A DNA stretch of 62,980 bases, the filler included. It is 6 parts of 6 records of this genome, joined end to end, with 100 filler letters (N's around TTAATTAATTAA, not from the genome) between each part and the next. Parts side by side here need not be neighbours in the genome. Positions count along the whole stretch, not along the records: positions 26,229 to 40,678 come from DRR723986_9513; 5 more parts are not named here. The stretch is one strand, 5' to 3'. The notes under the pieces were generated by a model. The model had not been told where the DNA came from, did no database searches, and saw only the letters and a list, made by a program, of their open reading frames with translations. The translations under genes and the position numbers were made by a program. Of this stretch, positions 28,468 through 38,298 are shown piece after piece (positions within the stretch are counted from its first letter, which is position 1; every line of letters begins with the position of its first letter).

Positions 28468-31400
28468 CTATCGGGCCGCCGGTGGTAGCGGAATGACCAG
28501 ATTCATCAGTCGATTTGGATTGACGCATCCTTGATCGGTGAGCTGCTTTCGAACCGTTGCAATCTGCTCCTCAGAGTGCTCGTGGTATAGCCAGAAATGC
28601 CATTGTAGAGCCAGCGCCACCAACGAGTGATCGTATCGCCGGAGCGTTTCAATTTCGTACTGCCATTTGTTTCGACTGGCGATCCGCCCGTTGGACGCAT
28701 TGATAACCAACTGCAGGCCGCGTCCGTATGAAACAAAAGCGGGCTCCTGCAAACGCAGCATCTTTCGCGTCGTCGCCGTCGCGTCACGCAGCCATTTGGC
28801 TCGGTCAGCAGGATTGTTGTAGGCGCTCATTAGGTCGCAACAAACACGGGTGTGTAGGGCGAACCATTTGTAGTGGTTGGTGCGGAGCGTGATGGAACGG
28901 AAGAGTTGCTTCCAATCGCCGTGCAGCGTTCGTTGAGCCTCTTCGCTGTTCCCCTCGTAAAGCTGTTGATGGGTCTGCGACAACCACAAGAAGAGTCGGG
29001 GTAGTTGGTACGTATTGCTTGCTACACTTCGTTCAGCAATCAGTAGCGATTGCCGCGCGGCCTGCACGTCGTCCGCAGCTAAGTCCGACCAGTGGGCCGG
29101 TGCGACGTGAGTCCAGAACATGCTCATCGGGTCATCACGCCGCAGAGCGCTTTCTCGCTGACTGACGGTCGCTTCGCGGAGTTGTCTCAACTGGTTGTTG
29201 TGATAGTAAGTACACAATATTCCCCACCGGAGAAACTGCTGTTCCCACTGAAACCGTTCGCGAGTGCGATCAAAGCGCTCGATGCCTCGTTCGCCGTGTT
29301 TCATCGCTCGACCATTGTGACCCTTCTGTATGTACCAGATGAACATGCAGAAGTTCCAGATTGCCAAAGCACTGTCCAGACCGCTCTCGTGAGCCAGTGT
29401 TCGACCAAGGTGGAATCGGCGAATAGCCTGTGATCGGAGCCGTTGGCCAGCGAAGGACAAGATGACTCCTGTGCGAAGAATGGCTTGCGAGCGGTCTTGC
29501 AGGGACCCTCGTTCGCAGGCCATTCGCATCATGCGAATCACCAGCTTTTGCCCAATGCCGTTTTCAAGGTAGGTGAGCGGCGATGCCACACGGTTGAGGC
29601 ACGCCTCAATCTCGGAGAAGCTACTCTCTTCGTTGAAGAAACGGTCATTGTTCGACTGGTGTGAAATGCGTAGAGCGTCAATAACTGTTCGAATGGAGGT
29701 GACCAGACTGTTGGTAGGCTGGCGTATTCCCAGCCGACTCAAAGTGTCTCGCAGCAAGGCAACGCCCGACTGTGGTTGTCCACCTCGCAACCACTGTTCA
29801 CCGGCCAGACAGCGGAGCAGCCTACTTTGGTCCCCCTGCGACGCGGCGGCCAGATGTTCGTAGGCCTCGGCAGCGGCCCGTGTGCTGCCGTTGCAGGCTA
29901 AGCAGTCGGCCTGGATTCGCAACAACTCTTGTTTCTCTTCCGGAGTCCGAACAGCACTTGGATGAGAGGCTCGATCGATGAAGAAGAAGGCTTCCTCAAT
30001 AGCTCCAGCCTTGTAGGCATCTCTGGCTGATTCCATATAGCATGCGGCTGCTTCGGGAATACGATTCGCGGCCCAATAATGCCCCGCCACACGCGACCAC
30101 GGTGCCGGAGACTCGTGCGAGAGGATGCGAGCGATTCGTGCATGACGGCGTTGCAATCGGTCAGACTCAAATCCCTGCAGTATCGCGCGACGGAACCGTT
30201 CGTGCGATATCTCTACCTCTGAATCAGCGCCACCGATACGTGAGCGAATCCAGCCTTGGCTGCGAAGCATTCCAAGCGTTCGCAGCAAATCCTGCGGCAT
30301 CACGTTGGTCAGCATCTGCAACTGCAAAAAGCTCAGTGAGTGGTTCGCGACGGCCAGGAACTCAAGCGTGAGCTCGGCATTTTGAGGCAGTCCGGCAAAT
30401 CGACGACGCACGGTATTGTTTGCATCCGCGTTGCTGATCAAGCTGACCGCGTCTTCGGAATGCTCTTCAAAGTCCGAAACAAATGTCCGCACCATCTCCC
30501 GCAGTAAGAATGGATTGCCACCGGACAGTCGCACTAGTCGCTCACAAGCCACCGGATCCACTTCAACGTTTGCTTGTGCGGCCCACTGATCAATCAGCTC
30601 GATACAAGCCTTGCGCCCCAGCGGCAGCACGGGAATGCTAACAGAATCTTGTTCGATGGGCACCGGTTCCTGCCCAATTACAGCCGGAGCCGTCCGTAGA
30701 ACGCGCAGCAATGGATCAACACTGTCGTTTGCTAGGACAACCAATCCGCGGAAGTTGACGCGCCGATTCATACTCATTAACGCGAGCATGCTGTCGCCGT
30801 CGGCCCACTGCGCGTCGTCGATCGTGAAAACGAGTTGTCGATTCTCACTGATCGATACCAGCCAGTCTACGACCGCCCGAAAGCACTCCTTGCGTGCCGC
30901 TGGCGGTAAACTGGTGGTTTTTCTCGGCGAATCGTCAGCAAGCAGTTGGTTTAGCTGCGGAAACAGCGACCCAATTTGGTTGATATGCTTCTCAAGCGAT
31001 GGTTGCCAAAATTGAGCGGGAACACTCGGGAGAACGTTGAGAAGCTCCTGGATAAGAGCGTTCATCAGACGATTTGGAGTGTGGTCTTGCTGGTAGCAGG
31101 TAAGGTTCAAGACAGTGTATTCCGCAGAATCAATTGTCTTTTGCCAGTGGTCGAGAAGTGAGCTCTTGCCAATACCACTTTCACCATGCACGACCACGCA
31201 GCGACGATCGCCCGCGGACGCATTGAGCAGAGCTTGGTTGAGAAGTCTGAGTTCTTTTTCCCGACCAGGACAACCCTCTATCGTGGCACGATTGTTGAGC
31301 GGAACAACTTCGGGATCACCCATCAGCGCCATAATGCGTTTTGCCGAGGGCCGCTCCTCCGGGTCGACAGACATCAGCGATAGGCAAAGCTGCCGAAGGT

Positions 31401-32634
31401 CTTCGGGGCAGTTGGCAATATCTTCAAGCAACTGCGCAGAGTTGACATCGTAGTCAGCCGAGCCGTCGTCTCGCGTTTGCACATCGATCGCTGGGTACTT
31501 GCCAGTCATCACCTCGTACATCATCACGCCGAAGCTATACCAGTCGCTGGCCGTTGTGTGTTGACCTTTGTTCAGAACTTCGGGAGCCATGTACTGAACC
31601 GTGCCCACCAGTGGGTTAGATTGTCCCTGGCGAATCGCTAATCCAAGGTCTAAAACAACGGCTCGCATCTTGTGCGTGATCATCATGTTGGAACACTTGA
31701 TGTCGCAGTGCAAGATGTCATTTTCGTGCAAGTAGTTGATCGCTGAGACGATTTGGGAGAAAACACGTCGCAGCAGTGTCCATCGGACTTCGGAGTTTGA
31801 CGAAAGTCCGCGGAACCATTTTCCAATCGTATGCCCTTCGACTAACTCCATCGAAAAGTATCGGCAATCGTCTTCGGTGTAGGCGTTGTATAGCTTGACG
31901 AGATTAGGGTGCTCAAGTTGCGAGAGCCATCGAAACTCTTCGAAGAATCGAAATACACTCCATGCATCCACGCGACGCATCACCTTGATGGCAACTCGAG
32001 CCGTGCTATTCAAATCGACAGCCGCGTAGACAAATCCCATCCCGCCGCGGCCAATATGCCGCACTAGGAGAAATTGTCCGAAGTGGGCAGGTAGCGGCTC
32101 GGGAGCTTTCTGGCTGGGAAGCTGCTCATCTTTGACCGTCGAATCACTGTGTTGGACTTCCGGTTTGACTTGGTCGACCGCAGCATTGGGCAGCCGCGAC
32201 TCGGTCATCTCAAGCAGTTTCAGGAGTCGCGGATGAGCGGAAGCGTCGCACAGTGCCAGGTAAGATTCCGGCTCCGGCGGTACGCGGTCGTGATGGATGC
32301 GGAGTGCGAACTCCAGGACGACCAGCCTTATCAGCAGGTTTTCGTCGTTTTGTATCTCGCTGAAACGCAACCAGAAAAGCTGTACGCAGGGCTGAATCCG
32401 CTCATCATCACTATCCGCACCGCCGCCGGCTGTAGCTACCGACGCGAGCTTCGTACCCAGGATTCGCGAGGGTGGCTGATAGTGGTACTCCAGCTCGGCA
32501 CTTAGCAGGCGCACGAGCAATTCACCGCGCTGCTCTTTATCGACCTGGTTGAGATACTCATCGTATCCAGCCGGATTAAACGACTTCCAAGCATCGCGAA
32601 AGTCTTGTTCGATGGAGGCGATTCGAGAATGCAT
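28468..32634 (-). CDS. Ser/Thr protein kinase fused to STAND-type AAA ATPase and TPR-like region
   Basis: IGRGGMG, VAIK, HCDIKCSN, DLG, GTVQYMAPE; Walker A GESGIGKS, Walker B TIDDAQWAD, GGNPF. Confidence 0.9.
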   Translation of the reverse strand: MHSRIASIEQDFRDAWKSFNPAGYDEYLNQVDKEQRGELLVRLLSAELEYHYQPPSRILGTKLASVATAGGGADSDDERIQPCVQLFWLRFSEIQNDENLLIRLVVLEFALRIHHDRVPPEPESYLALCDASAHPRLLKLLEMTESRLPNAAVDQVKPEVQHSDSTVKDEQLPSQKAPEPLPAHFGQFLLVRHIGRGGMGFVYAAVDLNSTARVAIKVMRRVDAWSVFRFFEEFRWLSQLEHPNLVKLYNAYTEDDCRYFSMELVEGHTIGKWFRGLSSNSEVRWTLLRRVFSQIVSAINYLHENDILHCDIKCSNMMITHKMRAVVLDLGLAIRQGQSNPLVGTVQYMAPEVLNKGQHTTASDWYSFGVMMYEVMTGKYPAIDVQTRDDGSADYDVNSAQLLEDIANCPEDLRQLCLSLMSVDPEERPSAKRIMALMGDPEVVPLNNRATIEGCPGREKELRLLNQALLNASAGDRRCVVVHGESGIGKSSLLDHWQKTIDSAEYTVLNLTCYQQDHTPNRLMNALIQELLNVLPSVPAQFWQPSLEKHINQIGSLFPQLNQLLADDSPRKTTSLPPAARKECFRAVVDWLVSISENRQLVFTIDDAQWADGDSMLALMSMNRRVNFRGLVVLANDSVDPLLRVLRTAPAVIGQEPVPIEQDSVSIPVLPLGRKACIELIDQWAAQANVEVDPVACERLVRLSGGNPFLLREMVRTFVSDFEEHSEDAVSLISNADANNTVRRRFAGLPQNAELTLEFLAVANHSLSFLQLQMLTNVMPQDLLRTLGMLRSQGWIRSRIGGADSEVEISHERFRRAILQGFESDRLQRRHARIARILSHESPAPWSRVAGHYWAANRIPEAAACYMESARDAYKAGAIEEAFFFIDRASHPSAVRTPEEKQELLRIQADCLACNGSTRAAAEAYEHLAAASQGDQSRLLRCLAGEQWLRGGQPQSGVALLRDTLSRLGIRQPTNSLVTSIRTVIDALRISHQSNNDRFFNEESSFSEIEACLNRVASPLTYLENGIGQKLVIRMMRMACERGSLQDRSQAILRTGVILSFAGQRLRSQAIRRFHLGRTLAHESGLDSALAIWNFCMFIWYIQKGHNGRAMKHGERGIERFDRTRERFQWEQQFLRWGILCTYYHNNQLRQLREATVSQRESALRRDDPMSMFWTHVAPAHWSDLAADDVQAARQSLLIAERSVASNTYQLPRLFLWLSQTHQQLYEGNSEEAQRTLHGDWKQLFRSITLRTNHYKWFALHTRVCCDLMSAYNNPADRAKWLRDATATTRKMLRLQEPAFVSYGRGLQLVINASNGRIASRNKWQYEIETLRRYDHSLVALALQWHFWLYHEHSEEQIATVRKQLTDQGCVNPNRLMNLVIPLPPAAR

Positions 32635-33008
32635 GGCTGCGAGTTGGCCTAACTGGAGCCGGTTTTTACTTTCCGGCGACGTTTTCTCAACTTGGAATAC
32701 GAGCGAAACAAAGGGCTGGTCCGTGGGCCTGCGGCGAGCGTTCTAGCGCGGCCGACCGGCGGCTGAACGGAACCAAAAGCCGTGTCTAACAATTTTAATG
32801 CAAAGTCCATGAATCCGGCGCTGGCGAACGAGTGTCATTCAGCATCGCAGCCAATTTTGTTCGTTCAATGCCAGCAATTTGCGACATTGACCTGCGTCCA
32901 GCCAACTCTCTAACCTTCGTCCAACGGAGATCCTGCGCTTCGGCTCCCCCGAAATGACTAGTTTGCTGCGGCGAACCAGTTTGTTTCACCGCCGAAGCGG
33001 CCTACGAG

Positions 33009-35267
33009 ATGCTGGAAACACAAGAAGTCATGTCTACCGACGCCGCAACATCGATGCGATCAGCGAAATTGCTGATGTGGCCAGTTATGGTCGCGCTGAT
33101 TCTGTGTGGTTGTTCGACTCAGCGATTCTTGATGAAGAGAAAGTCGCCAGCGAACCCTCTCGAAGTGCAGTTGGATTTGTCCAGCAGCAAAGGCCCCGTA
33201 ATCAGCGATCGGACTCGCAGCGTGCTGCGGCGCTACGCACTTCTGGGGATGTACGACGAGTCGCCTCACGAGTGCTTGGTGATGATGCAAGAGCTCGTCG
33301 ACACCGATACGGCCGAAGGTGAATTGGTCTACGGCATCAGCGAGCTTGCCTACGTGCTTGGTCAGCGATCGGAAAGGGACAACCGCCCTCTCGTCGCATT
33401 GGACTTGTACGGCGTAGCCGTTAGTAACGCGTACATGTTTCTCTTCTCGCCCGAATTTGACACGGTGCGGAATCCATACGATCCGCAGTTTCGCGGTGCA
33501 TGCGACTTGTACAACGAATCACTCGAATCGACGCTTCGGCTGGTGAATGCCCGCGGACAACTCAAGCCGGGATACAACTACGAACTCACGACTGGCAAAC
33601 AGACCTATCGAGTGCCCTGCATCGTTCGCGGGAAATGGCAAAACGACGACTTCGATCGCTTTGAGTTCGTTAGCGACTACAAACTCGATGGCTTGCCGGC
33701 TTCTGGATTGACCTACGGACTAGGTGTCCCGTTAATCGCAGTTCGCAAGAAGGGCGATCCGAACGATCCACGCGAAAAGTATTACCCCGACGGGCTTAGC
33801 TTCCCAGTTACTGCGCTGTTGCGAGTTGTAAAGCCTGGTACCGAAGGTGGAAGCTCGGCCAAGCATCGCCACCAGTGTGTGCTTGAGTTGCACGATCCGC
33901 TGGACGCCTGTGATTTGACTTTGGCGGGCAGGTTGGTGCCCTTGCAGACGGATCTGAGTACGTCGCTTGCCTACTTCTTGGATAGCGACCAGTTTCGCGA
34001 ACAGAGTAAGGCTACCGCTGGGCTGATCAACCCACAGAAAACGCTTAAGCACCGCGGCATCTTCATGCTCGAGCCCTTTGATCCCAGACGCATTCCGGTG
34101 ATCATGGTGCACGGATTGTGGTCCAGCCCCGTAACTTGGATGCCGATGTTCAATGACCTGCGATCGTTTGCGCAGATTCGCGAAAACTACCAGTTTTGGT
34201 TCTACCAGTATCCCACTGGACAGCCGTTCTGGAGCAGCGCGACGCAAATGCGAGCTGATTTGAACGAGTTGCGCGAGCGCTTGGACCCCCGTCATGACTA
34301 CGAAACGCTTGACCAGATGGTACTCGTCGGTCACAGCATGGGTGGCTTGGTCAGTCGGATGCAAACCATTGATAGTGGCGATCGTTTCTGGAGAACCATC
34401 AGCGAAGAGCCCTTTGACAACGTTCGCGGCAATCCAGAGGACTTGCAGAAACTAAAGATGGCTGCCTTCTTTGAAGCCAACCATGACGTTAAACGTGTCG
34501 TCACCATCGGTACGCCTCATCGTGGTAGCGACTATGCAAATGACACAACGCGGTGGCTTGCGCGGCGGTTTATTAAGCTGCCCGAGATGATGGTCGCCAC
34601 GACGCAGGACTTGGTAAACCAGAATCCGGGTGTCTTCCAAAACGCAGACTTGTTGATCAATAGCACTAGCATCGATTCGCTCAGCCCTGAATCACCGGTC
34701 TTCCAAGCCATGCTGCGGTCGCCACGGCCTGACTGGGTGAAGTACCACAATATTGTTGGTCTGACGCCCAATCGATCCTGGTTCTTCGGGCCCGAGGAGA
34801 CGACTGGTGACGGAGTGGTTGAGTTCGCCAGTGCACGTACTTATGACAGTGAAAGTGAGATTTCGGTTGAAGCGGAACACCAGGTGATTCACCGTCATCC
34901 GAAAGCTATTCTGGAGGTTCGCCGAGTCTTAATTGAGCACCTGCGCGATTTCCACGAAAGCTATCGCATTGCCCAGCGGATGGCAGGCAATGTATCAGCA
35001 ATCAGCTCGCCGACCGGACCACAGCACAACGGGATGTCTCATCCGCCGCTTGGGAGTGTTTATCAAAAACCTGTCTATCAAGAACCCGTCTATCCAAACG
35101 ACTTCAATCCAAGCACGCGGCAGGGGCCAGCCGCAACGACGGCAGCAGCAGATAACGGACTTGGCAACGGCGGCTATCCAGCGACGGCAACACTACCGCC
35201 CGTTGTGACGCCAGATCGAGTTGCTTCACCGGTGCGGAGCGATGGGCCTTCCGCCATTCTGCGGTAG
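33009..35267 (+). CDS. Lipoprotein alpha/beta hydrolase (esterase/lipase)
   Basis: LILCGC lipobox; VHGLWSS, GHSMGG, GTPHRGS, GDGVV. Confidence 0.85.
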   Translation: MLETQEVMSTDAATSMRSAKLLMWPVMVALILCGCSTQRFLMKRKSPANPLEVQLDLSSSKGPVISDRTRSVLRRYALLGMYDESPHECLVMMQELVDTDTAEGELVYGISELAYVLGQRSERDNRPLVALDLYGVAVSNAYMFLFSPEFDTVRNPYDPQFRGACDLYNESLESTLRLVNARGQLKPGYNYELTTGKQTYRVPCIVRGKWQNDDFDRFEFVSDYKLDGLPASGLTYGLGVPLIAVRKKGDPNDPREKYYPDGLSFPVTALLRVVKPGTEGGSSAKHRHQCVLELHDPLDACDLTLAGRLVPLQTDLSTSLAYFLDSDQFREQSKATAGLINPQKTLKHRGIFMLEPFDPRRIPVIMVHGLWSSPVTWMPMFNDLRSFAQIRENYQFWFYQYPTGQPFWSSATQMRADLNELRERLDPRHDYETLDQMVLVGHSMGGLVSRMQTIDSGDRFWRTISEEPFDNVRGNPEDLQKLKMAAFFEANHDVKRVVTIGTPHRGSDYANDTTRWLARRFIKLPEMMVATTQDLVNQNPGVFQNADLLINSTSIDSLSPESPVFQAMLRSPRPDWVKYHNIVGLTPNRSWFFGPEETTGDGVVEFASARTYDSESEISVEAEHQVIHRHPKAILEVRRVLIEHLRDFHESYRIAQRMAGNVSAISSPTGPQHNGMSHPPLGSVYQKPVYQEPVYPNDFNPSTRQGPAATTAAADNGLGNGGYPATATLPPVVTPDRVASPVRSDGPSAILR

Positions 35268-35481
35268 CTCCCAATCTCATTTGTAAGTGCCGGTCATCCA
35301 CACGCTAGACCACGGCCAGCACCAACTTTTTCCGCTTCAGATCGTTCATCCTTCGCGACAATGTCGCCGATCTGCTGAGTCTGGAGTATCCTGGAGTCGT
35401 TGTTAGGTTACCGTTCCCCACCTATGCGGGGACCGATCCAGGTGCTGTGTCACCCGATCCATTTCTGCGAAGAGCTTAGGT

Positions 35482-37098
35482 ATGGCGAAATCACGTATTG
35501 GTCCCTTTGCGCTAGAAGCCCCTTTGTCGAAGGTGCGCGACGGTGGTCAAGTGTATCGAGCCATCCACGTTCAACAACAAAAGCAGGCTGCGCTTCGCCT
35601 GTTTTCCATACCAATGGGGATGACGCCTGAGAGCCGATCCGCGTTCGCAACCCAATTAGAGCAACTCAAGCAACTTCGACACGCGGGGATCGTCCGTTGT
35701 TATGGCGGTGGATTTGATACCAAGAGTGCATTCTTGGCTTACGAAATGGTCGAAGGCGAAACGCTCAGCGGCCTTCTTCGCCGTCGCGATCGATTGCCCT
35801 GGGAAACGGCGCTCGACTACTGCAAGCAGCTCGCCGACGCGCTGCAGTATGCGCACCAAATGGGATGGGTGCACGGTCGACTAAGGCCCGAGAAGATTCT
35901 GATTTCAGAAACGGGTGTTGCCAAGATACAAGATTTTCGTCGCAGCGCCGTAGCGTCCATGATTAGCTCCGATGTTGGACGACGTTCGCACATGCAGTAT
36001 GCTGCACCCGAGACACTTGACAGCATTGGTGACGACACCGAACGAGACGAGAAAGCAGATCTCTATTCGTTGGGTGCAATCGTGTACACCATGCTGACCG
36101 GTCAGCCGCCTTTTGATTCTAATGATCCCGATGAACTCAAATCAGCAATTCGCCAACAACCGGCCCCTAAGGTAAGTGCCTCTGTTCTCGATTGTCCCGT
36201 TTGGTTGTCAGCGATCATTGAACAGCTCTTGTCCAAAGATCCTGCAGGTCGTCCCTATAGCGCGACGGCCCTTCAACTGGCACTGAAGGAAGCACAGCGA
36301 CGTCAAAGTGAAGGCGTCGGTGTATTGCAACACGCTGCGGCTGGATTTAGCCCGCTGCAGATGAACGTGGACCGCGACGAAGCTGAAAAGGTGCTCGGCA
36401 TCAAACCGAAAAAGAAGAAGCGGAAGAAGACAGAGGAGTCCTTCTTTGAGCAGGCGTGGGTCCTGCTGGTCGGTCTCTTGCTTGCCGTCGGAGCCGTTGT
36501 TTGGTTCCTGATGCCGCTCAGCGAAGGGGCTCTCCGAACGCGAGCTGAGAAGCTGCTCGAGAGCGAAAAATGGATAAGCTGGAACGATGCCCGAGACAAG
36601 TATCTACGGCCGCTCGTTGAACGATTTCCAGAGAGTGACAACGCCGAATGGGCTCAGGAGAAAATCGAGTGGGTTGATGGACGCGAAGCAGAACGGCGAA
36701 TGGAACGCGACGAGCGACTTGGCAGAAACGACGACTGGACGCCCGCTCAGGTGCAGTACGCTGACGCGCGCGACTTCGAACGGTTTGGTGACCTTGCCAC
36801 TGCGCAGGATAAGTACCAAGCAATTGTGCGGTTGTTTCGCAACGAAGAATCTGATGCCGCAATCGTTTACCTAGCCCGCGAAGGACTCGATCGAATTCGC
36901 GAGCTTGGACAAGGTGCAGGTTCGCTAAGTCAGTTCTTGGAAGACAAACTTGAGGAAGCAGAAACTGCCTATCAACGGGCACGCGTTGCCGAAGCTAAAC
37001 AAATACTTGAATCAATCATTGAGCTCTATTCGGACAATCAGGAAGTCGGCGCACTGGTCGCCCGTGCAGAAACACAACTCGAGGAGTTGAACAATTGA
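35482..37098 (+). CDS. Membrane-anchored Ser/Thr kinase-like protein (probable pseudokinase)
   Basis: Kinase scaffold (LRHAGIV, YAAPE, DLYSLG, GQPPF) with degenerate catalytic motifs; one TM helix; helical external domain. Confidence 0.85.
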   Translation: MAKSRIGPFALEAPLSKVRDGGQVYRAIHVQQQKQAALRLFSIPMGMTPESRSAFATQLEQLKQLRHAGIVRCYGGGFDTKSAFLAYEMVEGETLSGLLRRRDRLPWETALDYCKQLADALQYAHQMGWVHGRLRPEKILISETGVAKIQDFRRSAVASMISSDVGRRSHMQYAAPETLDSIGDDTERDEKADLYSLGAIVYTMLTGQPPFDSNDPDELKSAIRQQPAPKVSASVLDCPVWLSAIIEQLLSKDPAGRPYSATALQLALKEAQRRQSEGVGVLQHAAAGFSPLQMNVDRDEAEKVLGIKPKKKKRKKTEESFFEQAWVLLVGLLLAVGAVVWFLMPLSEGALRTRAEKLLESEKWISWNDARDKYLRPLVERFPESDNAEWAQEKIEWVDGREAERRMERDERLGRNDDWTPAQVQYADARDFERFGDLATAQDKYQAIVRLFRNEESDAAIVYLAREGLDRIRELGQGAGSLSQFLEDKLEEAETAYQRARVAEAKQILESIIELYSDNQEVGALVARAETQLEELNN

Positions 37099-38237
37099 GC
37101 ACTTTCGCTCGTGTTGCCCAATATTTTGTAGTTTTTTGCATTGCGAGCCTTACCGGTTCAATCCCAGCACTAAGCCAGGAGCGTACGCTCGCTTCGTCAT
37201 CGCGTCTACTGCTCGGAACACAAACCAACCGAACGGCATCTCTGAGCTCGGCGGATGTCGACGGTGATGGCGACCTCGATTTGGTGGTGGCCAACGGGCG
37301 TCACTGGCCACAACAAAACTGGGTTTTCCACAATCAAGGTCGCGCCAAATTCAATCTTGCTCGACCACTCAGCTCAGACCTGTCGACCACTTACTCCATT
37401 CAGCCTGCTGACTTCAATGGCGATGGACATCTTGATCTCGCTGTCGGAAACGACTTTGCACCATGCAAAATCATGCTCGGTGACGGTAAGGGAAGGTTTC
37501 GTGAGGTCGGTCAGTTCGGGACTCTGTCAAGTGTTCGGAGTCTGACCTGTGCTGACGTCGACAACGATGGAGACATCGACATTCTCTCCACCTGTCGAGG
37601 TCGTCCGAATGTGGTGCATCTAAATGATGGAAGTGCTCGGTTCAGCAAGACGCTGGCCTTCGGAAATCTAAGGGACTCGACTATTGCAGTCGCAGTCGCT
37701 GATCTCGACGAAGACGGCAATGTCGACTTGGTCTTGGCCAACCGAGATGGTCAAGCAAACAGCATCCTGTTTGGCAACGGCGACGCGACCTTCTCTCGTA
37801 GTACCCCGTTCGGCTTGCCGGGCCAGTCAAGTCGCGCCGTTGCTACAGCCGACTTCAACGGTGATGGTCATGTAGATTGGGTTGTTGGCAATATTGACGC
37901 AGCCAATGTCATCTACTTCGGTGATGGAAAAGGCGGCTTCAGTGACAAGCGTTCGATTGGTGTTGCTGACGGAACGACCTATGCAATCGTGGTCGCCGAC
38001 ATGAACAACGATAAGTACCTAGATGTCGTGGCTGCAAATGCTGGCCAGCAGAATACCGTCAGTTTCAGTACTGACGCAGCAAAAGCATTCAAGATAGTTC
38101 GCTTTGGTGACGCCGACGCTGCGACTTATGGTCTTTGCTCTGGCGACTTTAACCAGGATGGGTTCGTGGACATCGCGGTCGCCAATTCGGATAGCGTCAA
38201 TCGCGTTTTCTTGAACCAACCGCGGCGAGCTCGATAG
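37095..38237 (+). CDS. FG-GAP/VCBS repeat beta-propeller protein, exported
   Basis: Seven D-x-D/N-x-D-G/K-x-x-D repeats; signal peptide; TTG start overlaps the upstream stop. Confidence 0.9.
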   Translation: MSTFARVAQYFVVFCIASLTGSIPALSQERTLASSSRLLLGTQTNRTASLSSADVDGDGDLDLVVANGRHWPQQNWVFHNQGRAKFNLARPLSSDLSTTYSIQPADFNGDGHLDLAVGNDFAPCKIMLGDGKGRFREVGQFGTLSSVRSLTCADVDNDGDIDILSTCRGRPNVVHLNDGSARFSKTLAFGNLRDSTIAVAVADLDEDGNVDLVLANRDGQANSILFGNGDATFSRSTPFGLPGQSSRAVATADFNGDGHVDWVVGNIDAANVIYFGDGKGGFSDKRSIGVADGTTYAIVVADMNNDKYLDVVAANAGQQNTVSFSTDAAKAFKIVRFGDADAATYGLCSGDFNQDGFVDIAVANSDSVNRVFLNQPRRAR

Positions 38238-38298
38238 CGTATTGAATTCCCCCTGCAGACAAAGTTCGCAGGCCCCTTTGTTATTACAGGAACAGTCG

